Part shown: positions 25,487 through 37,727 of the stretch, one piece after another | Layout of the letters: each line of letters begins with the position of its first letter | How positions within the stretch are numbered: the first letter of the stretch is position 1 | Origin: Felis catus | Lineage: Eukaryota | Assembly: GCF_018350175.1 (NCBI RefSeq) | Contig: NC_058369.1 | Coordinates: 120,714,001-120,778,000 of the forward strand | Reading direction: 5' to 3' | Length of the DNA stretch: 64,000 nucleotides | Translations under genes and position numbers: made by a program | Notes under the pieces: model-generated | What the model was told of the DNA's origin: nothing | The model's input: the letters and a program-made list of their open reading frames with translations, nothing else | The model's database searches: none

Positions 25487-25725
25487 TTTTCTTTTTTTTT
25501 TTAAATTTTTAATGTTTACTCAGTTTTGAAAGACAGAGAGAGAGACAGAGTGTGAGTGGGGGTGGGGGTGGGTAGCAGAGATAGAGGGAGACACAGAATC
25601 CAAAGCAGGCTCCAGGCTCTGAGCTGTCAGCACAGAGCCCGATGTGGGGCTCGAACCCATGGACCTTGCGATCATAACCTGAGCTGAAGTGGGCTGCTTA
25701 ACCGACTGAGCCACCCAGGTGTCCC
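25487..25725 (-). mobile_element. CanSINE
   Basis: TSD tatgatagaatttct. Confidence 0.95.
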
Positions 25726-25729
25726 TATG

Positions 25730-27120
25730 ATAGAATTTCTAATACAAAAGTGTCCTTGTATACACGGGATCAACTAAACTTGACCTTTTTTATTCATTGG
25801 TAGATCAGGTTGTTTTAATATCCTGTTTAGGATTTTTACATACATGCCCGTAAGTGAGATTTTTCTAGAGTTTTCCATCTTCTTCCTTAAATGTTTTTGC
25901 TAACAACATGATAGTGCCCTAGAACAATTTGAGTAGTATTTTCTTTTTTTCTGTTCTCTGTAAAAAAGTCTGTATAAAATTGGATTAATCTAGTTCATGA
26001 AAGGCAGAATTTACATATACAACCCTGTTGGCGTGGTGTTTTTTTGTGGTGCAATTTTCACCTATTGACTCAATTTATTCAGTGGTTAAGGACCATTACA
26101 GTTTTCTATTTCTCCTTGAATCAGTGTTTGTAAATTCTATTTTCCAAGAATTCTGCCCATTTTATCTGCTTAAAATTTGTTGCCATAAGTTTTTTTTCTA
26201 GTGATACTGCATTACGTTTTAAATCACTATACATGTAGTTTTCATCCTTTTTTGAATGTTACATTTTTGATACCTCAGTTACACAGATTTACATTTTCAT
26301 TTGCATTTTTTGACATTTTATTTTTTATTTATTATTTTTTTAAACATTTATTTATTTTTGGGACAGAGAGAGACAGAGCATGAACGGGGGAGGGGCAGAG
26401 AGAGAGGGAGACACAGAATCGGAAACAGGCTCCAGGCTCCGAGCCATCAGCCCAGAGCCTGACGCGGGGCTCGAACTCACGGACCGCGAGATCGTGACCT
26501 GGCTGAAGTCGGACGCTTAACCGACTGCACCACCCAGGCGCCCCTATTTTTTGACATTTTAACGTATACTGTTATTTTTGGTTTTTAAACTAATTGTATA
26601 TGGGCAGAGAATATGGGCTGTATGATGCAAATTCTTTAAAATATTTGAGACTTGCTGATTATGACGTTTAGAGATTTATATACACTCATTAAATCAAGCT
26701 CACTAATCATATTGTTCAACTCTTCTCTGTCTTACTGTGTTCCATTTTGGTTAATTTCTTCTAACCCGCGAATCTTACTGGCAGCAATGTCTAATCTGTT
26801 CTTTATCACAAGCACTGGGCTTTAAATACAACAACTGTATTTTTCATTTGTAACAGTTCTTACTGGTTCTCCTTCAAATTGGCCTAGCCCTACTTGATGG
26901 TTCCTTGTTCACTGCTTATTTTCAACTCCATTTCTATGCGTGTAAATATTTCATACCTAGTTATTCTCTATTCTGTGCCTCCTTTTTCCTACATCGGAGG
27001 TGCCTTGGATAGCTCCACATTTTATAATTGCTTCCGCTTATCCTTAGCAATGGGTAGCCTGTTTCCCAGCATACTGGGTGATTTTTGATTATGAGATTAC
27101 ATTTGTGTCAAACTTAGCTA
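25730..27120 (-). mobile_element. Old degraded L1 body
   Basis: T-rich strand with antisense ORF2-like motifs such as cagttttctatttctccttgaatcagt. Confidence 0.6.
26321..26544 (-). mobile_element. Young SINEC_Fc-type SINE
   Basis: TSD attttttgacatttta. Confidence 0.96.
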
Positions 27121-28352
27121 ACAAAAATCTGAAATATTTTGTTTTTCTTTTCTGGTTTTTTTTTTCCGTTTTGTTTTGTTTTGTTTTTCGCTTTGAGGTC
27201 TCCTTCGGTTAAAAGCATCGCAATCACGTTTGTTGTAATTTGCTCTGAATTTAGTTGTATTTCAACGAAGGGGTCTTTCAGTGTCTACTTTATCATTGTG
27301 CTAGAAGCAGAAAATGAGTCTACCTTTTATCAACTCTACTGGTAACTATCTTTTTCACTAGGCAGACAATCAAGTCTTTTCGCTTTTTAACTCGTAAGCT
27401 TTCCTTCTTAGAGCAGTTTCGGCATACAGCAAAATAGAACAGACAAATCCATTACATCCCCTGTCCCCACGTACGCACAAACTCCCCCACCATCGACTTC
27501 CCCCACCACAGTGGTACATTCGTTACAACACATGAACCTACACTAACACATCATTATCACTCAAAGCCCCTAGTTTCCATTAGGGTTCACTTGCGGTATT
27601 GTGTATTTTATGGATTTTGACGAATGTATAATGACATGTCTCCATCACTGTAAGATCATACAGAATAGTTTCACTGCCCTAAAGATCTTCTACACCCTGC
27701 CTATTCACCTCACCCTCCTCCCTAACCCCTGGCAAGAAGTGAACCCATTACTGTCTCCATACTTTTGTCCTTTTCAGAATCTCATATAGTTGGAACATAC
27801 CGTATGTAGCTTTCTCATACTGACTTCTTTCATTTAAGTTTCCTCTATGTCTTTTCATGGTTTGATAGCTCATTCTTTAGCGCTGAGTAATACTGTCCAT
27901 TGTCTACACTACAGGTCACCTGCTCACCTACTAAAGGGCATCTTGTTGCTTCTAAGTTTTGGCAATCATGAATAACGCTGCTACAAACATCTGCATGAAG
28001 GGTTTTGTGTGGACATGAGTTTTCAACTCACTTGGGTAAATACCCAAGAGTATGATTAGTGCATCATACGGTAAGAGTTGTTTAGTTTTACAGCAAACAC
28101 ACAAATGGACTGCCNNNNNNNNNNNNNNNNNNNNNNNNNNNNNNNNNNNNNNNNNNNNNNNNNNNNNNNNNNNNNNNNNNNNNNNNNNNNNNNNNNNNNN
28201 NNNNNNNNNNNNNNNNNNNNNNNNNNNNNNNNNNNNNNNNNNNNNNNNNNNNNNNNNNNNNNNNNNNNNNNNNNNNNNNNNNNTTGAACATCTCTGCATA
28301 TGCATCCATCCCACCTGCATATCTTCTTGAGTGAGGTGAAGGTCTTAAGACT

Positions 28353-28575
28353 GGGCCTGGTAGTTCAGTTGGTTAAGCGTTGGACTTTGGTTCAGGTCAT
28401 GATCTCATGGTTCATGGATTTGAGCCCCGTGTCGGGCTCTGTGCTGACAGCTCAGAGCCGGAGGCCTGCTTCAGATTCTGTGTCTCCCTCTCTCTCTGCC
28501 TCTCCCCCGCTCAAACTCTCTCTCTGACTCTCAAAAATGCATAAACATTAAAAAAATTTTTTAATTAAAAAACAA
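28353..28575 (+). mobile_element. CanSINE
   Basis: Degenerate head, (CT)n, A tail. Confidence 0.92.
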
Positions 28576-28606
28576 AAAGACTTGGGTCCGTTAAAGTCTT
28601 TGACTA

Positions 28607-28821
28607 TTTTTTTTTTCAACGTTTTTATTTATTTCTGGGACAGAGAGAGACAGAGCATGAATGGGGGAGGGGCAGAGAGAGAGGGAGACACAGAATTGGA
28701 AACAGGCTCCAGGCTCCGAGCCATCAGCCCAGAGCCCGACACGGGGCTCGAACTCACGGACCGCGAGATCGTGACCTGGCTGAAGTCGGACACTTAACCG
28801 ACTGCGCCACCCAGGCGCCCC
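28607..28821 (-). mobile_element. Young SINEC_Fc-type SINE
   Basis: TSD tttgactattttttt. Confidence 0.96.
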
Positions 28822-29209
28822 TTTGACTATTTTTTTAAATGGGGTTGTTCATTTTCTTATTGTAAAAACTTACAGTGCAGGCTTTCCTACCCTGGCACTG
28901 GTTCCTATGGAAGTTTCTGCTTGGATTAAGTTGTGGTATTGGCCTCTTTCTAATTTGTGGAGAAGTGGTTTGCCCTCTGACCTCACTTCTCTCACAGATC
29001 TAAGAAGAGTTGTTGACTTTTCAGTTTGTTTAACTTTTTACTTGTTCTTGGGATCGAGGGGTAACTTCTAAGCTCCTTACATGCTGGACTAGAAACCAAA
29101 AGTCTGTTAAGTCTTTCTTATTTTTGTGTTTTCCAGGGTTTCCTATATAACTTTTATATATAGCACATGCTTAAGGACTTTTGCTAAAATTTGTTGAACA
29201 TCATTGATA

Positions 29210-29450
29210 ATAGCTTATATTTTCAAGTACTTTCTAACCATCAGTCACTGTTCTAAGTGTTCTCACATACGTAATCTATTTACGTTCTCACAAGAACTCA
29301 CCTACAAGTGCTATGATTATTCTCCTTTTATGGATGAGAAAGCTGAAGAACAGAGAGTTTAAGTATCTTCCTCCAAGGGGACACAGCCAGTGAATGGGGA
29401 ACCAGAATTCAAACTCAAAATATTTGAGAACCCATGCTCATAACCACCAT
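29210..29450 (-). mobile_element. MIR
   Basis: cctttttatggatgagaaagctgaag...agaattcaaactca. Confidence 0.8.
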
Positions 29451-30068
29451 TCTCTACAACACAGCTGACTCCGAAAATTCCTGATAATATTGTGACTTCG
29501 ATTTAATCACGAAGAATTCCAATAGTCCAAGAGATTATTTCTCTTCCTAGTTATTTTGAAAACTGCTAATATATTTCAATTTACTGCCCAAAGATCTGAA
29601 GTTAATGAAAGAGAATGACTTTGAATACACATTCCCTGTAAGGCATTGCCAGAAAATGATTGTATGTTTATGCAGTCCACACAGAAACTGATGTGGCCAG
29701 GAGTTCTATTAGTTCCCAGAAACTGTCGAAGGTCTCCTCAGCCCATCAGAGATACTTCGTGTTGCCTAAAGTGAATCTAGTACCGGAAAAAGACCTCCAA
29801 GTTCCTATGAATAGAAACATGTGCACTGTTTTCTATGACAAATTAGCACTGAGACTTGCATAAATATAACTTTGAGGGTACTAATGTTTTAAGCCAACGT
29901 AGGTTGTTCTGATTCTATTGCATATACACTGAGGTTCACCACCATTAACAGACAAGTCAAAGATCATCGTTGCCCTGGAGGCAACCTCAGCTGTAGCAAA
30001 ATACATAGTCTGCTTTAGAAGCGCCATTTTGTAGTCTGCACTCGGACTGACGGCACATTTTGTTCTCT

Positions 30069-30308
30069 CTTTTTTTTTTTTATCTTTTTAAAAAAAAATT
30101 TTTTTAACGTTTATTTACTTTTGAGACAGAGAGAGACAGATCATGAACAGGGGAGGAGCAGAGAGAGAGGGAGACACAGAATCCGAAACAGGCTCCAGGC
30201 TCTGAGCTGTCAGCACAGAGTCCGACGCGGGGCTCAAACTCACGGACCGTGAGATCATGACCTGAGCCGAAGTCGGACGCTTAACCGACCAAGCCACCCA
30301 GGCGCCCC
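30069..30308 (-). mobile_element. CanSINE
   Basis: Full reverse head, (GA)n, poly-T. Confidence 0.95.
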
Positions 30309-31350
30309 TTTTTCTCTTTCTTTATGGAAACATGGTTTATCTGTACCACTAATCTACTCTCTTTTTTATCTAACAACTGATTCAGAGCTTCAAGTCTCAG
30401 AAATATTCTGATTTCATTAAAATTCGTATTGGTTGGTTTAAGACACATGGGAAACAAGGACAGAGAAGTCTACATATCAAAATATTGGGTTGTTTTTAGT
30501 CAATATAGTCTTTATCAGTTAAGATAAATGGATACTCCACGGATACTCCATGGCAATTAGCCAATATCAGGAGAGTTTATATTCTCAGGGGAGATGCACG
30601 GTCCACCCTATCCTCACGTGGTTGAGAAAAGAACCACATTCTAGTTAAATGTATACAGTGAGAAAATGGATCTCCCAAGGGCACAAAAAATGTACAAACT
30701 TCCTTATTTGCTCTCCCCTCAAAAAAACCCACTTTGCATTCTTTGATGTTATATTATAGTCTATTGTTTATGCCTTCAAAACACAAGCGTTCAGCTCTTT
30801 ATGGCCTAATAAATTTGTAGATAAAATCTAATGATTTATGGAAAAGTTCATAAGATATATTTTTGATGTATCACTAATTTATGGAACTTGTTTTTCATTC
30901 ATTCATTCATTCATTCATTCATTCTTTAGATCTGCTCCAGTGCTGGAACTGACGGCCTGTAATGGCAGTCCAGTGTTCTAAGTGTGCCCATAGTTGTAGA
31001 GACAACATGGTCTGAGAGCTTGCAGAAGAGGACGACCAGCTAAGTGCTTTAAACAGGTGTGCAGAGAAGTCTCCAACTGGCAAGCATGAAGGACCCCCCA
31101 AAAGAACCAAACACAAGGATGGTTGAAATTCTGACCTCATCCAGCCAGACCCTTTCTTTCCTAGAAAGCATTTCATAAAGTTCTGCAAATTTGTAATGGA
31201 TTTGTAGACTGCATGGGATCGGCCTTAGATTATTTTCAGTAAAGGCTGTATGTATGTCTAGGGACTCAAATCATCAAAAAAAAAAATGGGGCCTTCTAGG
31301 TCTGGCATATTTCAAAACACAATCTAGTAAGGGTATGTGTGGTGATGGAC

Positions 31351-31411
31351 TCCCTTACACGGTAATGACAGCTGTAGCTGTCCCTTACATGGTAATGACA
31401 GCCGTAACCTG
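31351..31411 (+). repeat. 30-bp tandem duplication
   Basis: tcccttacacggtaatgacagctgtagctg / tcccttacatggtaatgacagccgtaacctg. Confidence 0.9.
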
Positions 31412-32502
31412 AATAATCCTGAGGGAAAGTATTCCTAATAGAGACATCGTAGACCTGTGTATTCCTCATGCAGAAAATGCTAGTAAAGGGTTTGGCTCAA
31501 ATTAAAGCAATATATTTGGAGAATTTTTTGACCAGTGGAACTAAAGTATCCTGAGGTAAGGTTGCCTTTTTTTCTAATTTATACAAAGGTGTGTCAGAGA
31601 CCAGCTGCCCTGTTTTTGGTTCATCTCAAACATTACTCTTGCGTCTGCCAGGAAACAGAGAGGAAGTGGATTACCTCGGGTGGTGATCTCGATCATGAGC
31701 ACACTTACCCTGCAGAGCTGGCCCATATACCACGCCTGGGACAGATGATCAGAGCCCAAGAAGATCAGAGAAGGAAGTGAGAATAAAGGAGCAGCAAAGA
31801 AATTCACAGGATGACTCTTCCCTCCATCACTTGCTCTTGGTGCCCATCCCTCACGGTGAGAATTCTAGGATCCATGACCCCTTTGCCTGAATTTTCAGGG
31901 CTTTACGCTTTCACTTTCCTTTGGTACATCCAGCACCAAATCAGGCAGAACATCTCAGACAACGAAGTACTTGAATTTACACTCCTCAAGACAGAGACTC
32001 TTTCTCATTCATTGTTTCAACTTGACAGCCTAGCACGCTCTTGGGCTTAACGTAGATACTGAAAAAATGGTGGCTAAGCAATGGGAATGAATACAATTCT
32101 TAGGTAAAATGCATCTTTTGGAATAACCAGTTGGCTGCATTTATTCCTGACTTCGTGGGGATTAATATCATAAAGCAGGCAATAAGGCAAAACCGGCTTC
32201 CACGGGCCAATCAACTTCTTGGCTCTGCTGTACTTCTTTTCTCAAGAAATGATGAGAGGTGGCATGTGCCAAAGAGAATTCCATTTTAAGGAACAATCAG
32301 GGGACAGTGATTTAATTAGAAGGAAAAAAAAAAAACTTAGTTCAACGAAATCAAACAGTAGGGGAGCTGCTATTTACATTTGTAAAATATCTTAAAGATA
32401 AAAACATGGCGGACGTCAAATTACAAACAAAAGAAAGTCACCTCTGCTCTAGATAATCTAAAAAGTTCTTGAAATCAACAGTAAAAGAAGTAACCCTCTT
32501 AC

Positions 32503-32676
32503 CTTATAATTATCCATGATTTCAGCTAACCATAGCTTAACGGACTTTACTGTATCTTCTCGCATGTACTTTTCAACTTGGGATCCATCACTAAAAGTCC
32601 GGTTTCCCACGTGGATGGCTTGTCTCACTTGTGGGAGGGACAAAAATTTCCCATAGTAATTTTGGTCCTCGGGTTC
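32503..32676 (-). CDS. CPVL: CPVL coding exon (exon 11 equivalent), 174 nt, EPEDQNYYGKFLSLPQVRQAIHVGNRTFSDGSQVEKYMREDTVKSVKLWLAEIMDNYK
   Basis: ccgtcag|GAA ... AAG|gtaaga. VRQAIHV motif and NRT sequon; overlaps ORF 32458..32643. Confidence 0.97.
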
Positions 32677-34186
32677 CTGACGGAAGGAGACATCAGAAAA
32701 ATATCAGAGAACATGACTTGGTGACAGGAACAACGTGCTGGGAAATCTTCAAATTTCTCAGAACATAAACCATCATGAACAAGATGAGACATGGCTGTTA
32801 ACTCTGGTCTCCACCCTGACATTTTTAACTTGGGGGTTGTGAGGTGATTTAAATGTTACTGACAATAAAACTGGATGATCTGATACCTTCAGAGCCTAAT
32901 AGCCAATTTGCAAATGCTCGATTTTTCCTTTCTCGGTAACGAAACTTCTGCAGTCTATGACTCCAATCAACAGCCCCGCTTGAGGCCAAGACGGGAAAAA
33001 CGGAAGAGGTGAGATTATCAAAAGCCATTTGCTTCTTGTCGGAGGCTCTTCAGGAGGAGGGTCAAACGGACCACAGGAGCCGGGGTGGTGGCATGGCGGA
33101 CTAAAAGCTGGGCATTCTTTTGCATGTTCTTCTGTTTATTAAAACCATACATAGAAAATTATCAGCTAACCATAATTGAAAGGGGGAACTATACCAAGTG
33201 TAAAAACAGATGATACCTTATGAAGGACATCAGACAAAAGAAAAGTCACCCATGATCCTTATTTAAAAAAAAAAAAATATTGCATAAAAGTCTGTGGTAT
33301 TGAAAAGTCTGTGATATTCATCATACTAAAAGACGAAGGAGTAAGTGCTATTTTAAAAAATGACAAAAATCATAAAAAAACTTAGAGTTTGAGATCAATA
33401 ATTTTGTGCATCATCAATTTATGCTAATTTGTTGAATACATTAGTTTGTAAGGAAAAAAGAAATGTAATGACATTCTGTTTCTCTCTTGCCTACCATATG
33501 TTTTCCTCTTGGTAGACTCTAGATCCAAAACCACAGGGTTAGCAAATTCTATTGAAATTAGCTTTGTATTTTATTTATGAAATAGTTAATAAATAAGGCA
33601 ATTTTAAAAACAAGATACATTGTCATATACACTAGACAAAGATCGTACAAATCCAAATCCCCACTTTGGCTCCCTTGGTTATATTTGATTAATTCTTCAC
33701 AAAAGACATCAACTTTGGCCTGCTTTTATGAAAGAAAACTACTTGAATACTTTAAGAAATATTCCAGAGAGCTTGAAGTGAGGGCCATACTAAGCGCACA
33801 AACCTTCTTAAGTTAAAAGTAAGACAAAGCAAATATTTTCATAAAGGCTTTGGCAGTTTTGATTATCCAAGCTGCCTTAAGTACAGAACAAATAATGTGG
33901 ACACTTTCAAGAAATTCACTACAGTCTTGGCGTTCTGGAACCTAATACCCAGAACTGCAATACTGGCCTATCCTTGACAAAAGAACTTTTGTATCACAAG
34001 TTCTACTGGGGGGAAACTGTTAATCAGAGATTGTTCTGAGTTATCTGGAATATCATACATTCTTGATGGTCAGATTATAACATATACAACATCAGTGGGG
34101 GAAAAAATCCTACAGATTAGTAGACCAAATAATGCACTACAATTAGGACATATTTATCTAGTATAAAGTCAGCTATAGTATTTCTC

Positions 34187-34308
34187 TCTCTCTCTTTTTT
34201 TTTAATATATGAAATTTATTGTCAGATTGGTTTCCATACAACACCCAGTGCTCATCCCAAAAGATGCCCTCTTCAATACCCATCACCTACCCCCCCCACC
34301 CCCCATCC
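34187..34308 (-). mobile_element. Severely 5'-truncated carnivore/felid L1 3' end (122 bp)
   Basis: Poly-T, atatatgaaatttattgtc...acacccagtgctcatccca; perfect 17-bp TSD cagctatagtatttctc at 34170-34186 and 34309-34325. Confidence 0.9.
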
Positions 34309-34401
34309 CAGCTATAGTATTTCTCAAGTCGAAGGACGTTTGGTGTTACCAAAAGGTTTAAGCAAACACTAGTATAGTTTGTAAACTGTTGCATTCATTA
34401 C

Positions 34402-34500
34402 CTTGCACTGTAACAGGTTATAGTAACTAGGACATCCTGTGACATTCTGGAAGTAAGAAGGGCTGTTTGTTAAGTCACCATCTAGTAGTTTATCTAGTAC
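34402..34500 (-). CDS. CPVL: CPVL coding exon (exon 10 equivalent), 99 nt, VLDKLLDGDLTNSPSYFQNVTGCPSYYNLLQCK
   Basis: acctag|GTA ... AAG|gtaatg. Not in the ORF track, translated by hand. Contains an NVT glycosylation sequon. Confidence 0.96.
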
Positions 34501-34589
34501 CTAGGTCGGGAGAGAGGGAAGAAAGAAACAAGGAAACCATCAGGGTAGGTAAAAACGTACAGACATTTGTCATTGCGTTGACACTCCTC

Positions 34590-34829
34590 CATTGTTTTGT
34601 TCAACAACCTTTTATTGCACATCTTCTCTGTGCTAGACACTGTCTCAGGCATCGGGGACACGGCCCTGTGAACACGACAGAGCAAAAGTCCTCCCTAACG
34701 TAGCCTATATTCTAGAGGAGGACAATAAGCAAGCATTCATAGGAAAAACATGCAGTAAGGTAAGCGTGAGAAGTCCTAAGGAGACAAGTAAAGAGAAGAA
34801 GAGTAGGGAATGTCATGGGGGTGTGTGGG

Positions 34830-34869
<40 letters not shown>

Positions 34870-35130
34870 CACGGATGCCGTGGGGAGGAGGAAACAGAGG
34901 TCTCACTGAGAAAGTGGCATTTGAGTAAACACCTGTTGGAAGGAAGGAAGTGGACCATGGAGACATCTAGGGAAATAACATTCCAGGCAGGGGAAACAGT
35001 GAGCCCAAAGGCCCGACTGTGGGAGTGAGCTTGTCGGGAAGGACAGCCGTAACACGGATGGCTGACCACTCACCCACAGTTTGAGGAGAGAGGGCAGAGG
35101 GTATGGACAAATGCGCAGGTGCTTGGAGTT
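34590..35130 (-). mobile_element. L2 fragment containing (TG)n at 34833-34867
   Basis: ttcaacaacctttattgcacatcttctctgtgctagacactgt; cattccaggcaggggaaacag. Confidence 0.75.
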
Positions 35131-35725
35131 GGCGGAAGTTCCCTTTGGACTCCTGACCTTAAAAAGTGGTCACCAGCGGAGGTGAGAGCAGTGGTTGCGT
35201 GCTCTTCTCCAGTCACGTGCAGCTGCACAGAGGCAGGTGTGGGGTGCTAGAGTGGCACTTGTAGCCAGGATGGCGGTCCAGCCAAAGGAGGTGGACTGAC
35301 CTTGAATTTCAGTTGGGTAATTAGAGAAGCTAAGATTTAGAGGGGTTAAGGATCGTGAAACTGTAGTAGGATCAATGGACCGGAAGACAGTGGGGTTGCA
35401 GGACGGTTATTTGAGTTTGTATATTCAGAAAAGTGAGCTGGCACAATGGGAATCTGAGATCGTGCAGTGATTTTCAGATTTGTTTTTGGGAGGGGGACTG
35501 AACAGCTAAGGTAAAGAGAACAAGATCACTAAAAGAGAGGAAGCTAAAGAACTAAGGGGCCAGGTATTAAGAGGGTCATTCATGCAGATACTGTGATCAC
35601 TAGAAACAATGGCAAGCATGGTACCCTTGAGAGAAGGACAGTGAGGCAGGAGCTACAATACTCAGAGGATGAGAAGGAGAAAGCCAGAGGGTTGTAGGTA
35701 ACTACAACAAGAAGTGGTGGGTGGT

Positions 35726-35911
35726 GGGGCGCCTGGGTGGCTCAGTCGGTTGAGTGTCCAACTTTAGTTCAGGTCATGATCTTGTGGTCCGTGAGTCTGA
35801 GCCCCGCGTCGGGCTCTGCGCTGACAGCTCAGAGCCTGGAGCCTGCTGTGGATTCTGTGTCTCCCCCCCTCTCTCTCTGCTCCTCCCCCAGCCTCTCAAA
35901 AATAAACATTA
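35726..35911 (+). mobile_element. CanSINE (host of a nested SINE)
   Basis: Outer TSD aagtggtgggtggt. Confidence 0.94.
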
Positions 35912-36135
35912 GGGGCGCCTGGGTGGCGCAGTCGGTTAAGCGTCCGACTTCAGCCAGGTCACGATCTCGCGGTCCATGAGTTCGAGCCCCGCGTCGGGCT
36001 CTGGGCTGATGGCTCAGAGCCTGGAGCCTGTTTCTGATTCTGTGTCTCCCTCTCTCTCTGCCCCTCACCAGTTCATGCTCTGTCTCTCTCTGTCCCAAAA
36101 ATAAATAAACGTTGAAAAAAAAAATTTAAAAAAAA
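35912..36135 (+). mobile_element. Young SINEC_Fc-type SINE nested in the previous tail
   Basis: Inner TSD aaaaataaacatta. Confidence 0.96.
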
Positions 36136-36544
36136 ATAAACATTAAAAAAAAAAGTGGTGGGTGGTATCATGTGAGGATGTGAGAGTCAACACTCAGAGC
36201 TTCCAGAAGGATATGATCTGGAAGTAGCACTGAGGAGCAAGGACACCCCCTCTAACCTCCTAACCAAGTGCCTTACAGAGTAGGTAAGAAAGAACCCAGC
36301 CCCTGCGTGGGGGGGCGGGGGGTGTGGGGTGGGGTGAGAGCGGCAGCAGCAGGGCTGAAGCAGGCTGTGGGGTAGGGCAAGAAGATGAAAGGGATTGTCA
36401 TAAAAGAGATTGAGAACACTGGGACGTTTTGGGATGAGGAAATTGAGTCTGTAAGGAGCTCTTGTAAAAGGATGAATTCGGCACATTTTCAAAATCGACG
36501 ATCAGGTGCGATTTTAGGTTTCCTTACAAGGCAAGAATATAGGT

Positions 36545-36680
36545 TACCACTATCCTAGTTCTACAGGGGAGGAAACAGGCACACAGACGTTAAGCCACTT
36601 GCCAAGGACGCCTTACTAATAACGTCAGACTTGAGATTCAAGCCCAGGCCGCCTCTTCAGCCCATGTGTTCTACCACACA
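36545..36680 (-). mobile_element. MIR fragment
   Basis: ctacaggggaggaaacaggcacacagacgttaagccacttgccaagg. Confidence 0.75.
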
Positions 36681-37489
36681 CACCCTAGCTCCCCAAGGGT
36701 CACACTGAGGTCTCTCCTAGTCTTCAATTCCTTCTGGCCATGCTTTTGAGTTTAATACAAAATTTTCTTATTGTATTCGATTAGTTTTCTGCATCAAAGT
36801 TAATTAATCCAAGTTACTAGGGCCACAGGCCTAGGGACCATGTATGAAAAGGATCATCGCTGTAGAAAGGAGAGGAGGCAGTAAGTATGCTCCAGCAATG
36901 CCACGGTCGCTCAGGACCACTGGCTCTGGCTGTGCAGATTGTGCACGTCATGGGGATGCCTGGTGGAGGGGTGAGAAGGGCGGGAGAACCAGCCAAAGTT
37001 CTGCTTGCCAAGCTGGATAACTAGGTTTGGGCTGCATTTGGAGAAACAGCCATTGTGTGAGCCATCTCATGGCTCATGTATGAGACAGCTCATACCATGG
37101 TGGCGTCCACTTGCCAAGCCCTGAATCCATAGGACTATGTCAGCCCAGAGGGAGACGCCTTTTTCTAAATTGTCCACCCAGAGGGAACACTGGAGGCCAG
37201 CAGTAGTCCTGAATGGATGCAGCATTTGGGGTATTTATCTTTAGAAAAGATCAACACCAACGGAAGATGAATTCAATCCTTAAGCATGGATCTGATTTCA
37301 GAGTAAAAAATCATTTGTTATCAAACAAATAAAGAAGGTGGGTGGTCCAAACCTGTGAAATCCAGTTTCTGGTTGAAACTTGCTTCACAAAAAGAACTCT
37401 GTGATCCAGAACATTGTCATGATAAGGGAGACAATACAGGACCAGAGACGGGCCACTGTGCACCTTGCAGAATGTCTAAATGTCCCAGG

Positions 37490-37727
37490 ATTTTTATTTT
37501 TATCTTTTTATTAAAAAAATTGTTTTTAGTGTTTATTCATCGTTGAGAGAGAAAGAGCATGAGCAGGGGAGGGGCAGTGAGAGAGGGAGACACACAGAAT
37601 CTGAAGCAGGCTCTAGGCTCCACACTGTCAGCACAGAGCCCGGCATGGGGCTCAAACTCACAGACCACGAGATCATGAGACCTGAGCCGAAGTCAGTGCT
37701 TAACCGATTGAGCCACCCAGGTGCCCC
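37490..37727 (-). mobile_element. CanSINE
   Basis: TSD tgtcccaggattttt. Confidence 0.94.

Larger units (their letters stand above)
27385..28865 (-). mobile_element. L1 (L1MC-like) 3' portion, containing N run 28115-28283 and two SINEs
   Basis: agagcagtttc...atgaacctacactaacacatcattatcac; ggacatgagttttcaactcacttgggtaaataccc. Confidence 0.85.

Noticed and set aside
31351-31411. Roughly 30-bp direct repeats (also at 41362 and 57667) considered as an array or CRISPR-like structure
   Set aside because: Only two adjacent copies each with no unique spacers; ordinary slippage duplications in a mammalian intron.
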